Assembly (NCBI RefSeq): GCF_009914755.1
Contig: NC_060941.1
Direction: 5' to 3' (one strand)
Source: the human T2T-CHM13v2.0 reference genome, Homo sapiens
Length of the DNA: 64,000 nucleotides
In this document: in pieces, positions 38,994 through 52,714 of the stretch
Layout of the letters: every line of letters starts with the position of its first letter
How positions within the stretch are numbered: position 1 is the stretch's first letter
Made by a program: the position numbers and the translations under genes
The notes under the pieces: model-generated
Databases searched by the model: none
Told to the model about the DNA's origin: nothing
Seen by the model: the letters and a program-made list of their open reading frames with translations, nothing else

Positions 38994-39740
38994 TGAAATT
39001 TGCCCTTTGCAAAATTTTGTCTTTGCAAAAATTATAACAGTGAGAAAATTATGACAGTGAAAGAGATCTGACCTAACCAACCCCCATCTTGCCTTTGAGC
39101 TCCAAACTGCCCTTAGTCATTCCTGGGCTTGGGCCAAGCTATCTTTGGGAGAAATTTAGTTTATAGTTTAAATGATGATAGCCCTTCCCCAAAACTAAAC
39201 CACCTTTGTAAAACAATGAAAGACCAACCAGGTTAGAAGGATGAGAAGAGCCTGAATTCTGCTAAGATGTAGACATAAACAACTACCAGCCATTATTATG
39301 GAGGTCACAAGATTTGTAACTTCCCCATTTACTCCTGCAGATAACATCACTATTGTAGAACCTAAAATTGGTCTTTTGAGATGTCTTTTCAGGCTTCTGC
39401 ATTTCTGATGTTTGATAGCTCCACCCAGACCCACAACTCTTCACTCAACTGGTCTTGTGGCCCCTACCCAGAAGCCAACTCAGCACACAAGAACCATTTT
39501 CCACATCCCTTTGATTGCATCCACAACGAATCAGCAGCACCCATTCCCTTGCCCATCAAACTATCCTTGAAAAACTCTAGCCTCTGAATTTTCAGGGATG
39601 CTGACTTGAGTAATAATAAAGCTCCAGTCTCCCGTTTTGCCAGCCATAGGTACATTACACTCTCTCTATTGCAATTCCTCTATCTTGATAAATCAGCTCT
39701 ATCTGGCCAGTGGGCAAAATGAACCCATTGGGTGGCTGAT
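38994..39740 (+). mobile_element. LTR8/LTR8A solo ERV1 LTR
   Basis: ctttgcaaaaattataacagtgagaaaattatgacagtgaaagagatctgacctaaccaac...aataaa...gaacccattggg. Confidence 0.85.
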
Positions 39741-40341
39741 CTTGCAGCCAAGTCAGACAGAAGTGAGGGTAACCTGAGAAGCTGATACTTGTGACTGGCA
39801 TCAGAGGTGTGGGTGGTCTTATGGGACTGAGTCCTTAACCTGTGGTGTCTGACAGTAACTCCAGATACTTAGTATATCAGATTTAAATTGAATTGCAAGA
39901 CATCCAGTCAGTGTTAGAGAATCAGAGAATTGGTCGGATGAAGGGGAAAAAGCCCACAAACTCTTATATGTATTAACTTATTTTATCTTACAGCAATCCT
40001 GTGAGGCAGATACTGTTACTACCAGTACCCCTATTGTACTGGCGAGGATACAGTGGCTCAGGGACCTGCCCAAGGCCATAGAGCTGATAGCCAAGCTGGA
40101 ATTAGAGCCCATGTCCTCAGCAGCTGCATCTACTGCAGGCCCTCCCCAACCCTCCAGGCTAGACACAGTGAGCTCCTGTGCCTCTCAGTTAAGAGGCATA
40201 AGGAACCCCAGCCCCTGCCGAGGTTTCTTAGAGTCACTCTTATAGAAGGGGGCAGTTTGGAATGTTGATCCTGAGCCCTGCATGGGAAAGATGCCTCAGA
40301 GAAGTAGGGCTTTCATGAGGTGGATGCTCAGCAAGTATTTG

Positions 40342-40652
40342 AAGGCTTTTTGTTGTTTGTTTGTTTAGAGACAGGGTCTCACTCTGTCATCCAGGCTGGA
40401 GTGCAGGGCTGCAATCATAGCTCACTGCAGCCTTAACTTTCGGGCCTCAAGTGATCCTCCCATCTCAGCCTCCTGAATAGTTGGCACTACAAGTGTGCAC
40501 CACCACACTCAGCTAAATTTTTAATTTTTTTTGTAGAGATGGGGTCTTGCTTTGTTGCCCAGACTGGTCTTGAATTTCTGGCCTCAAGCAATCCTCCCAC
40601 CTCATCTCCCCCAAAGTACTGGGCTTATAAGTGTGAGCCACCATGCCTAGCC
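40342..40652 (-). mobile_element. Alu (AluJ-like)
   Basis: Antisense Alu; TSD tca(g/a)caagtatttg at 40328-40341 and 40654-40667. Confidence 0.93.
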
Positions 40653-42797
40653 TTCAACAAGTATTTGCTAGGAAAATGAAAGGATGACTAACTGGATGAA
40701 TGAGTAAGAGAAAAGGTGAGTGGGGGAACGAGTACAAGGGCCAGAGGGATTGAGGAGGAGAAATGAGGAAGAGTGAGGGGCAGCTCCCTTCTCTCTCCCA
40801 CCTTAAACAAAACCCTATTGCTCTAGCCACAGAGCTGGCCACAGTATGAGGAGAAACCTCCCCAAGGCATCCAAAGGGAATTTGACAGCAAGAATTCCTG
40901 CCTTCCCCCATTAGGGGCTTGTGGGACCCCAAGTGAAAAAGGGGGTTCTAGGAAAGAGTAATTAAGGACCCCCAAGACAGTATTTACCTGACATTCAATA
41001 TCTGGATAAAAGATGAAAACTCATCATTGTCAGGATGTGTTTTTTCTCTGTACAAAACTCTAGGTATTTAGAAACATCTGGGTAAGGGGCTGGCTGATTC
41101 TGCTTTTCATCCAGATGTTCAACATTATCTACTTTCAGTCTGAGTGGAGGGGTTGAAGTGGAGGAGACCAGGGGCTGATGAGGGGGAAAGGACAGCAGTC
41201 GTGCCCTGTGGAACCTTCTGTCCCTTGGCTCATCCTAGTCTTCACCACCATTCAGAGACTTGCCACCTGAGCTGGGAGGATTTGTTCTCCCCCAACCCCA
41301 TCACACAGCCCCCAAGTTGCAGGGAGCTAAGAGACATCGTCATTTATACATCTTCCACTGAGAAACAGCCGGCCTGATACAGAATTAACTGGCGTCTTCC
41401 TGCTCCCAGATTATGCAGGCAGCAACTTTGATCGAATCTGGCAACCAGATTTATGAATCAGTCGATATTTATTGCAGGGAAAAATCCATCTTCATGACTG
41501 GTCTGTGCACACAGAACCCTGCTCTGGGCACACCCAGGGGCCTTGATGCTAAATGTTGGAGAGGTCCAGTGAACACATCTGAGGGAGGGGGCAACAGAGA
41601 GGGCTCTGACACCAATCAAAAAGGAGACAAGTTATGATGTGGGAAGTGTCAGTTGTGGGGGATAGCTACCACATCCATCCATGTTTGTCCTGGTCTGCCC
41701 TTCCCACACCCTTTCCCACTCCCCAGACCATCTGACTCAGCAGGAGTCAACTAATTGTTAAAAGTATTTGAAGTCAAACATAATGCAAAATTTTGATGTG
41801 ATGCATTCCCAAGTGAACTAAAAGTATATTGTTTTCTTCTAACATCTACTCTTTTGTTCCCTCCCTTGTCCACTGGCCCATTAAAGATAATTGAGCCTGA
41901 ACTCTCAAGCTGTCTTCTGACAGACCAATCAGAGAGCTGAGGTTAAAACTCTGCTGGTGAGTGGCCAGGGAAAAGGCTACTCAGGATTCTCTCATTTGCA
42001 TGCCTGCACTGATTGGCTACATTGCTACAGCCTGCACCAGAAAACTAGTTCCCAGTTAAGGCAGAGGGCACAATGACCATCCACCCAATGACAGGCAATC
42101 AGCTCATTTGGAGGACTAGGAAAGATGGTGTGTTGAGTAGAGCAAAACCATCCTGGGCTTCTCAGCCTAATTGGAAGAAAGGAGTGAGGGGCAGAGTTTA
42201 AGATGGTAAAGAGGAAGAAAGTAGAATTGTCTCCCAAACATGGTTTTCTACTGCTCCCTTCTCAGCCCTAACTCTGCCTCCTGCCCTGACAACCCCTTAT
42301 TCCTCTGGCCCTGTACTTCAATATGACCACACTTTAGATACTATGCCCATGGCCCACCCTCCACAATCCCTCCCCTGCTTGGGGCCTCTTGTAGGAAGTA
42401 CAAGGCCCACTAAGCGGCACTGGGGAGGAAGAGCAGAAATGTTTGTGGAAAGCTTAGTAGCTTCCCCAAAGCTGCAGAATGGAATTTCTCCCAGTGGGGA
42501 CATCAGAGAGACCTTGACCTTCCTCATTTCCCCAGCCTGCATATGCCCCAGGCACGTGGAGGATGTTCTAGCAGTGATGCAGGAGCTGAGAGGCAAGGGC
42601 TGGGTTGGGGAGACATGCCCAGGATCCATCTCCACCCAGCCACAAGGCCTGGGCCTGAAGTTGGGCAGGGGAGCTGCTTTCTTGCCTTACAGAGTCATAG
42701 AACCATGGTGAAGGGCTGGGGAGGAACAGGCAGGTGAAAGGGGCAGCTCAGATGGCACAGAGCCAAGAAATGGGCCAAATGAGCTCCTTAGAGCATG

Positions 42798-43159
42798 TGT
42801 ATTAGTCTATTTTCACACTGCTGATAAAGACATACCCAAGACTAGGTAATTTATAAAGAAAAAGAGGTTTAATGGACCCACAGTTCCACGTGGCTGGGGA
42901 GGCCTACAATCATGGCAGAAGGTGAAAGGCATGTCTTACATGGCAGCAGGCAAGAGAGAATGAGAGAGCCAAGCAAAAGGGGAAACCCCTTATAAAATCA
43001 TCAGATCTCAGGAGACTTATTCACTACCATGAGAAGAGTATGGGGGGAAACTGCCCCCACGATTCAATTATCTCCCACTGGGTCCCTCCTATAATATGTG
43101 GGAATTATGGGAGCTACAATTCAAGACAAGATTTAGGTAGGGACAGCCAAACCATATCA
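42798..43159 (-). mobile_element. Solo THE1 (B/C-like) MaLR LTR
   Basis: tgtattagtc...ctgctgataaagacataccc...aaaccatatca; 5-bp TSD gcatg at 42793-42797 and 43160-43164. Confidence 0.93.
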
Positions 43160-43460
43160 GCATGATTGATGGGAAGAGATGGGGGCACCCAGAGGAGCTA
43201 AGATAATATCCCTCCCCCATCCCCACCCCAACTATGGACCAAAACACCTAGGCACTTGGGCTCTTAACCTAGCTCTGAGCCTTGGCTGATAGCTTCACTT
43301 CTCCAGACCTCTGTAAGATGGAGAACCATCTCTTCTCAGGCTTTTCCCAGAGTGATGTCAACAAGACAATTCATGTGAAGGGCTTGAATCTCTGTGGTTC
43401 CACAGGGCAGAACCAGGATTGATGGGTAAAATCACAGGGAGGCAGGCTATGAAAGATGTG

Positions 43461-43789
43461 CAGTCAGTGCCACAGGTGACATTTGGTCAACAACGGATCA
43501 CATGCACTACAGGGGTCCCATAAGATTACAGCACAGTATTTTTGCTGTGCTTTTTCCATGTTTAGATACACAAATATTTACCATTGTGTTACAGTTACTT
43601 ATAGTATTCAGTAACATGCTGTACAGGTTTGTAGCCTAGGAGCATAGGTTATACCAGGAAGCCTAGATGTGTATTAGGCTATACCAGCTAGGTTTGTGTC
43701 AGTACACTCTATGATGTTCACACAAGGATGAAGTTGCCTAACGATGCATTTCTCAGAACATATCCCTGTCATTAGGTGACACACGACTG
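43461..43789. mobile_element. Tigger3a/MER7A-like element, probably inside a CR1/L3 fragment
   Basis: cagtca...ggtcccataagatta...gtacaggtttgtagcctaggagc...gcatttctcagaacatatccc...gactg-TA. Confidence 0.85.
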
Positions 43790-44669
43790 TAGAAGCATGT
43801 AGAAGAGTTTTCTGTATTCAAAGTATCCAACAATAGAAGCAGTTAACATAATGATCTCTCTGTCACCAAAAGCATCCAAGCATACTTTGGATGACCATGT
43901 TTTGTAGAGTATAACTTCTGGACACTCCCACCTGAGATGGGAATTTTATCATAATGTGTTGGCTGCCTCTAACTCTTTATGATTCTATTATTCATTCAAC
44001 AAATGTTTATCAGTTGCCCACTAAACCTTCCTCTGAGGCTAGTATGCTATATGACTACTATTTTTGCTCTTAGAACCCAGTTTTTTATACAAAAAATGAG
44101 GGTGTTGTGTCAGCAGACCTCTCAGGGCTGTTGCATCTCTGATGACCTGCCTTGCTCAAAATGACAGTGGGACCAGAAGGAACCATGAAGGCACATCCTC
44201 CTCTCCCTCCTCCCCCTCCTTCTTGGACTTCTTTCTGCACTGCCTGTTACTTAGAGTTAGGACAGAATGAACTTCCCCTGGCCTGGGATGCCACATGAAA
44301 CAGATGGCCCTGTTGCCACAGAGACCAGGGAGGGCTGGGGATTGTCCTGGGGGGCTGGGGATTGGGTGGGGATGAAGGCAAGAAAGGGGATTTACTCCTG
44401 CAATAGCCCAGCCCAGAATCTACATGAATGTATGTTCAACAGGGGTGGCTCCAGGCACTCATTCAGTCAGACAGATCAGAAACCACTTAAGATGAAAGAC
44501 CCAGAATATTTGTGCCTCTCTTCCCGAGAATGGTGCAACTTCCTCAGCTCCCCATTCCCACTGCAAAACCTTGGGCAGGTCCAGGGGATTTGACCCAATT
44601 CTCCCACAGGCAAAGCGGCACTTCTTCAGGAGAGGGATATAGGCAGCTCTAGAGAGGGGCCTGGAGATG

Positions 44670-44900
44670 GGGAGAGGCTGACTTATTGGGCTCATTCAGA
44701 AAAATAATAATAATAATAAGTTCCCCAGCAATCAGTGCTGTCCAATCACAGATGGGCTGTCCCATGTAAAAGTTGACTTCTTACTCCCCGAAACATTTGA
44801 GCTGGGCTGGGAGAATTCTCAGCACAGCTTTCCCTACAAATAGGAGATTGAGCTTGTTGACTTCCTAAGGTGGCTCTTCCAAGTCTGAGATCTTGCAATG
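44670..44900 (+). mobile_element. CR1/L3 LINE 3' fragment
   Basis: aatcagtgctgtccaa...atgggctg...; degenerate match to the recalled L3 3' end. Confidence 0.45.
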
Positions 44901-44904
44901 GTAG

Positions 44905-45393
44905 AGGCGGTGGAATGCAATGGGTTTGAATATGTGTTTCGGATGCAGGCAGCCGGGGCTCCGGCCCCAGCTGCGCATCTTACTTGCTGTGTGACCTTGA
45001 GAAGGTTAACTTTCTCTGAGCCTCAGTTCCCTCATCTGTGAAGTGTAAATCAATACTGGCTTTATAAAAAAAATATTTGAAAGGATCTAAATGGGATAAT
45101 GTATTTAAAGTGCTTAGCACAGAAACTTTTATGTATTAAATGCCAAGTAAGTGGTAGTTATAATTATTCTGCAATAGTAAACCCACAGCAGAATTTGGAT
45201 TGGACTCAGTCAAGATGCCTGGCTTGTACTCTGCCATTTACTGTGTGACCTTGGTAAATGTGTTAATCTCTCTGTGCCTTGGTTTCCTCATCTGCAAAAT
45301 AAGGCTAATAATTGTGCTTACCTCATTATTGTGAGGATTGAATTCCGTAACACATCTGAAGTGTTTAAAATAGAATCTAGCCAGTAGCAGTGT
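44905..45393 (+). mobile_element. Two tandem MIR SINEs
   Basis: ctgtgtgaccttg...ctctgagcctcagttccctcatctgt and ctgtgtgaccttgg...tttcctcatctgcaaaat. Confidence 0.85.
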
Positions 45394-45398
45394 GCTAT

Positions 45399-45756
45399 TG
45401 CAATGAACTAAATGCTTGTGTTCCTCCCAAATTCATGTTAAAAATCCTAAGCCCCTATTGTGATAGTATTAGGAGGCAGGGATTTGGGGAGGTAATTAAG
45501 TTACAAAGGTAGAACCCTCCTGGGTGGGATTACTGTCCTGATAAAAGGGACCCCTGAGAGTTCTCCTGCCCTCTTCTGCCATGTGACAGTACAAGAAGTC
45601 AGAAGTCTTCAGCCCAGAAGAAGGCTCTCACAAGAACCTGACCATGCTGGTACCCTGATCTCCAACTTCTAGCTTTCACAGTTGTGACAAATAAATTCTG
45701 TTGTGTATAAGGTACTCAGTCCGTGGTATTTTGTTATAGCTACCAGTACTAAGATA
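45399..45756 (+). mobile_element. Solo MLT1A-like MaLR LTR
   Basis: tgcaatgaactaaatg...ccaaattcatgtt...aataaattctgttg...ctaagata; imperfect TSD gctat/actat. Confidence 0.85.
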
Positions 45757-47537
45757 ACTATCATCATCATTGTCATCATCCTCATCCTCATCTCTAAGTC
45801 ACCTCTCTAATGCCTGGTACTTGTTAGTGCTTATTTAAAGAAAGATTGAGTGAACGAATGAGTCAGATATGAGGTACAATAATAAGCATTTGTGACGATC
45901 TGCTGTGTTTGTGGTCCTGTGCTGGCCAAGAGAATGCAGAGGCACTGTCCTTGTAGGGTTAACACTGAGTTTAAGCAACTAGCAACTTTGGGGAGAAATG
46001 AAACACCAGTAAGTTCTACAGAGCACCAAAGAAGAGCCATTGTATCCCTGATGGCACGACCAGACAGGCATCTCGGAAAGAGTGAGAGTTGCACGAGGCT
46101 TCAGGAAGGTGGCAAAAATTTGGCAAGTGTCCAGACATAAAGAAGGTAGGTGGGTAGTATTCCAGGTAGGGGGACAATAAGGAAAAGAACCCAGGTAGTA
46201 GTGCACATGGCCTTTCTGGAAGACAGTAACAGACACAGAAGGTTGGGTGGGCCCCAGGATTTCCATCCAGGGCATCCATGCCTGGAGATGTGACAGTACA
46301 AGTCTTCAGGGATGAAAAAGGAGTTAGGAAGCAAGGTAGAGCATTTCATGTGAAAGGCAGCAATCTGGATTCCATTTCTACCTGGTAGTTGCATGACCTT
46401 CAGCAAATAATTCAATATTATAAGCCTCAGTTTCCTTATACTTACAAGGAGGTTAATACATGACCCCTACAAAAATTAATATTAGTTACCCTACAAGGCT
46501 CATTTTAGTGCAGAATCTGGCATGTAGAAGATACCCAGCCAATGGCAGCTATTGTCTGTCCTGTGAGCAGCAAAGAGCCAAGGGAAGCTTTTTCCTGATA
46601 AGCTTCAGGGAAATTAATCATTGAGTGGTAGGAAAGACGGATTGGAGTGGGACAAAAGGGAAGGCCAAGAGATTGGTTTAGAGACAGTGGTTCATGAGCA
46701 AGGCAATGCTGCTTTAAGATGTAGTAGAGACAGCAGAGATCGAAAGGGAGAAAAAGATAAGGCAGTGCAACCCAAAGGACCTAGCAGAGCAGAAGTTGGT
46801 AACTAATGGAAGAGCAAGGAATCACCAGTGGCTCCACACTTTTAAGGAAGAGAGGGTGAGCGAGAGAATAGAAGAGGGAACTGATGGGGAAAAGCCTGAG
46901 TGATTCCCCATGGAAACCATGATCTTCATAAAATGCAAATGTTATGCAGTCAATAAACAAACATATCCTGAGCACCTACAATGCAGCAGGTACTAAGGAT
47001 ATAAATATGAACAGATATAGTTCCTGCTCTCAGGGACTTTGTGGAAGCAAAGATATCAACAAATGCATGCAATGAAGGATAACAGATGCCTTTATCCACA
47101 GTATCTGTCCAAGTAGACTGCAGAATAAGGAGGTAATTGATTTCACCAAGCTTCGTGGAGGAAGTTACTCATGAACTGAGCAGATGTTCTCCAGGGAGAT
47201 TGTAGGGGGGAGATATCCTTCATATGGATAGGAAAGCATGAGAAAAATACCAATGAGAGAAAAAGCATGACATGCTGGAGACTTCCAAGTCACAGTGATA
47301 CTCAGGGCTGTCAGAGCCAGAGCTGAGGCTGGAGATAGCTAAAGGAACCATTGCATGAACAGCAGTACAGGTTGTAATTTGGAAAGAGGGAAGGATCAAG
47401 AATATTGTGTTGGAGGTGTTAGACCCCTAAAGGAGAAGGAGATGAGAGTTCAGGACATGGGCTTAAAGTCAGATATATATGGGGAGAGTTCAGATGGGAA
47501 AAATCAAGGACTATGCTTTCTTTAAGATAGAGGGAAG

Positions 47538-47843
<306 letters not shown>

Positions 47844-48034
47844 AAGATAGAGGGAAGGAAGAAAAAAAAAAGATAAAGACAGTTTAAAGTAGGGAGTGGG
47901 GAGCTAATAAGCATGGGAGATCCACCTTGACCTTTGCATAAAAGCCAGAAGCAAGGGCATTAGTTAAAACAAAAAAAAGGATGGGCAGGGGCAGGGAGAG
48001 CCAGCCAAGCTAGGTTGATGAAGGAAAGAAGGAG

Positions 48035-50419
48035 CACAACTTACTGATATCAGGAATGAGAGAGGGATTATTACTACCATCCCTAGAGATATTAGAAGGA
48101 TAATAAGAGAACAATAATAACAACTTAGACAAATTGGACACATTCTTTGAAAAACAAAAGTAACTAAAACTGACACAAGATAAAATAGAAATTTCAAATA
48201 GCCCTGTATCTATTAAATAAAGTAAATTTTAAATCAAAAACCTTTCCACAAACAAAATTCCAATAATAGATGGTTTCACTATGAATTTCATCAAACATTC
48301 AAGAAAGAAATAATGCCCATCCTAAACAAACTAAGAAAATAGAAGAGAATGTTATGGTGCCAGATTAACCCTGATCCTAAAATCTGATGGACACATTACA
48401 AAAAAAAAAGAAGGAAAAAAATGCCAGACCAATATTTCTCACTAATGTAGATAAAAAATTATTAACAAATCAAATCCAGCAATATATAAAAAGAATAATT
48501 AATTATAATCACCTAGGTTTATCCCAGGAATAGAAGATTGTCTGAACACCCAAAAACTAATTAATGTAATTTATTACATTAATAGAATAGAACAGAAAAA
48601 ATCATAGAATTGTTTTTATTAAATTTAATACTTGTTCATCGTTTTAAAAAATAAACTGAGCAAATTGAGAAGAAAAGGAACTCAGAAAATTAGGAATTTC
48701 TTCAATCTGATAAAATACATCTATGAAACACCTACAGCTAACATCATATTTAATGATAAACAATCAGATGCATTCCCCCTGAGATCAGAAATAAAGCAAT
48801 GATGTCCACTTTCATTATGTCCAATAACATTTTATTGGAAGTTCTAGCCAGAGCAATAAGGCACGAAAAAGGAACAAAAGGCACATGCACAGATGACTGA
48901 TTATGTAGAAAATCCTAAGTGATATACAAAAGAGCAATTAGAACTAATAAGTGAATTTAGCAAAGTCCCAGGATAAATGGGCATTACACATAAATCAATT
49001 ATGTTTCCATATACCAGCAGCAAACTACTTGAAAATGAAATTTTCAAAAATTCTCTGCACAATCAGGCAAAAAAAAAAAAATACTTAGGAATAAATTTAG
49101 CAAAAGATTGGCAATACTTACATACTGAAAACTAAAAGAATTACCGAGATTAATTAAGGAAGACTTAAATGAATGCTTCTGTACTAGAAAACACAATGTT
49201 GTTAAGATGTTAATTCTCCCCAATCAATAACTCCCCTGTTAATTCTATGGATTCAAGATAATCTCAATCCCAATTTCCATCAGGCTTTATTTGTAGAAAT
49301 TCATAGGCCCATTCTAAAATGGAAATGAAAATGCAAAGAACCTAGGATATTCAAGGCAAACTTGACAAAGAAAAACAAAGTTGGAGGACTTAACAAGACT
49401 TCAAGTCTTGTTGTAAAGCTAGTATACTGTCACCAAGACAGGTTGGTAGTATAAAGGGAGATATAATTTCATGGGAGATAATAGGGAGCCCAGAAATAAA
49501 CCCACATTTATATGTTCATTTGATTTTCAATAAGAAACCAATGTAATCCTATAGGTAAAACAATCTTTTCAACAAATGTGGCTGGAACAACTGGTCATCC
49601 ATACGGAAAAATATGAATTTTGACCAGTATCTCACATAATGCATAAAATTTAATTTAAAAATGAGTCATGATTCTCAACATACAAGCTAAAAGTACAAAA
49701 CTTCTAGAATAAAACATAGTTTAGAAAAATGAAGGACTAGTCACAAACTAGGAGGAAATATTTGTGAAAAATATATATTAATGGACATATCAAGAATGTA
49801 CAAAAGAATTTCTAAAACACGATAATAAAAACACAACTCAGTAAGGAAAAGGACAAAATATTTAAGTGGACATTTCACAATAATGTATGTATACTAAATA
49901 TATACCTACTCTATGACCCAGCGATTCCACTTCTAGGTATTTGCCCAAAACACATTAAAAGATATGCCAACCGAAAGACTTGTACAAAAATATTCATAGC
50001 AACTTTAACCACAGGAGCTGCTAACTGGAAAGAAACAAAAACAACCTGTCCATGAATAGGAGAGTGGATAAACAAATTGTGATCACTACTCCATGAATCA
50101 AAAGGAAGAAACATGCAAAAACATGGGTGAATCTCAAAAACACGATGACGCTGGGTGCAGTGGCTCATGTCTCCCAGTGCTTCAGGAGGCCAAGGCAGGA
50201 GGATTGCTTGAGCCCAAGAGCTCAAGACTACATAGTGAGACCCCGTCTCTACAGAAAAAAAAAAAAAATTAGTCAGACATGGTGGCATACACCTGTAGTC
50301 CTAGCTACTCAGGAGGCTGAAGTAGGAGGATCACTTGAGCCCAGGAGGCTGAGGCTGCAGTGAGCCGAGATTGCACCACTGCACTCCTGTCTGGGCAACA
50401 GAGTAAGACCCTGTCTCAA

Positions 50420-50458
<39 letters not shown>

Positions 50459-50940
50459 AAGCATGATAAGTACATAATAGACAATTTCGCTTATATAAGA
50501 TCCTAGAAAGGGGTTTTTTTAAAAATGAGAACTGTGATTGCCTCTGCAAAGTGAGAACAGTGATTAAAAGGGGCATGAACAGATTTTCTGTGTGATAGTA
50601 ACGTCCAATATCTTGAGAGAGATTTGGGTTACACATGTGTAAGCATTTGTTAAATCTCAAAGGCTACACTTATAATTTGTGTGTTACTGATGTCAATTTA
50701 ACCTTCCCACCTCACACATACAGAACTACAAGCAAATATTGAACTCTACTTAAGGGCAAAGTATAGCAAACATCTACATCTTACTTTAAAAAATACCAAA
50801 AATAAGACTGAAGAATAGATATATACATAGGTATTTGATGAAAGACATAAGGCAAAATGTTGACAATTGTAGAATCCAGTTACTGGGTATATGAGTATTT
50901 AAAATTCTTTCAATTGTTCTGCATGTTTTAAAATCTCATT
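48035..50940 (+). mobile_element. Old L1M (L1ME/L1MC-type) ORF2 and 3' UTR remnant
   Basis: A-rich sense L1 with ORF2 landmarks (cctacagctaacatcatatttaatg; ggaagttctagccagagcaataagg; tatgacccagcgattccacttctaggtat); frames disrupted. Confidence 0.88.
50150..50458 (+). mobile_element. Alu (AluJ-like) with (TAAA)n tail, inside L1
   Basis: Dimeric Alu followed by ~10 TAAA units. Confidence 0.92.
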
Positions 50941-51239
50941 TAAAAAGGCTTTGGGAAGAGGCAAGTCAGGAGAAGGGGTGCAGGGCTGGTCAAGAATGGG
51001 AAAAAAAAAAACTCAGAATAGCCTTGATATGAGGGCAGAAATGAGTGGTCAGGATTTCCCAGCAGGAATGATGGCTCAGTTAGGGTTCTATAGCCCTTAT
51101 GTGTAAGGAAGTCAGTCAGTATGTATCCCAGAAGTTCTCCAGCCAACAATCACCCCCAGCCAGCTTGATCACCCCTATCCAGTTGGACATCTAGGAAAGA
51201 ATGGTTCTATCACATCTGCATCTCCTGATGGAGAGTGCC

Positions 51240-51430
51240 TCCTCCATCAGACGAGAGGTTCCTCCAGGGCAGGGACTTAGTCCCCCACATCACATAGGAA
51301 TTTACTTTAAGCAGGACCGAGGTCTCCCCCATTACACTAGGAGCACCCTTAGGATAAAGACTATGTCTTTCCGTCAACTTGGGAGCTTCCTCGGGACAGG
51401 ACTAATTCCATCATCAGAAGGCTTCTCTGG
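51240..51430 (+). repeat. Degenerate ~42-bp tandem array related to the L2 3' end
   Basis: Anchors catcag/catcac/cattac/cgtcaa/catcag at 51245, 51288, 51330, 51372 and 51412; units resemble gtctcccccatcagactgggagctcc..gagggcagggac. Confidence 0.55.
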
Positions 51431-52059
51431 ATGTATCTGCCATCTGGTAGGGGCTTCTCAGAGGGCTGGCAATAGTTTATCTGTGTGTCCCCCATGACTC
51501 CCACATGGGCTCTGCAGGCTGAATGCACTTAGAGAGAGTGAGGGAAAAGGGATTGACAGTACCCAAACAGGAGCACTCTATCTTCAATCATCCCAGGAGC
51601 TGACACTTATGGGTTTCACATTTAGCCAGGAAAAAGCAGCATTAATTCACTGTGGTGACTGAGATTTTACACATCCTAACGTGAAGAAATTCTAACTTGA
51701 GGTTCTCCCAGCAACTGTAGCTGGGCAACATAACCCCCAGGCACTTGCAGGAGGTCACAGCATTCAACAGCTCACTGGGCAGGGGAGAGCACAGCTGCCT
51801 TCACACACCTGGGTCCACTGGAACTGAGGATGGGTGGCACCAAGAGATCAGGGAATGGGAGACAGTGCTGAGGACCCAGGGAGAGAATGCCTACCATCCC
51901 AGTTTTCCAGGTTTCTGTGTGAGGGATGGTTCAAGCAAAATAAAGTGAATCGTATGGAGAAGTGTAAGCAGGAGATGAGAAAAGAAGAGCCAAAAGTGTG
52001 TTCTCTACTTTCCCTCTTTAGAACACACCATAGGATAAGTAGTGCATCTCTCCCATATC

Positions 52060-52104
52060 TTTCTCTCTCTCCCATCTCTCTCTCTCTCTCTCTTTCTCTC
52101 TCTC
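52060..52104. repeat. Imperfect (TC)n microsatellite
   Basis: Direct reading. Confidence 0.85.
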
Positions 52105-52714
52105 ATATGCATACACAGATGTACAGCTTAAAGTATGACTCATGTTCACAAGAGTAAGTTCCTTAGCAACTGATGACACATTTCTAAGATGTTGGATGAT
52201 TAAACACCTAGAGTCGACACCTGGCTGAGAAATGGAACAAACTTGGTTATTATATGGGATATGAGATATATTTATCTTCCATCCTTCAAGCCAGTTTCCC
52301 ATGGGCTCCCCTTCTCACCAGACCCTTATAAGTTTGACTAACTTCCAGATTCTCTTTGAGACTCAAGTCCTATCATGATAACACAGCTTGTTTTTATTAT
52401 TCTGGGTAAGGTGGAGAGGGGGCCATCAAGCCAGGCCATGAGGATTAATCACTCATCTTTTCTGTCAGATTTTTTCAAAGGGTCATTTTATATTCCTTCC
52501 AATGATTGTAGACTTGTAGACTAGACAACTTAAAGGCTCTTTTTACCTAAAAACATCCAACTTCTGCTAAAAGAAACTTAAGTACATCTCTTGGCTCAAC
52601 CTAAGTAAGAGAAATATATAGTAATCCCACCCATCTCTCAAAATGTATTAAAACTAGGATGAGGAATAGTGGGCAAGAAGGCAATTCAACATGCAGGTGT
52701 TGGAGCGAGACACG

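Larger units (their letters stand above)
38270..39958 (+). mobile_element. MER21 (B/C-like) solo LTR, interrupted by two younger elements and itself inside a MIR
   Basis: tgtggtataa...tatttggtctttgtccctgg...ggaatttcctgagtgata...; resumes at gcagccaagtcagacagaagtg after 39740. Confidence 0.8.
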
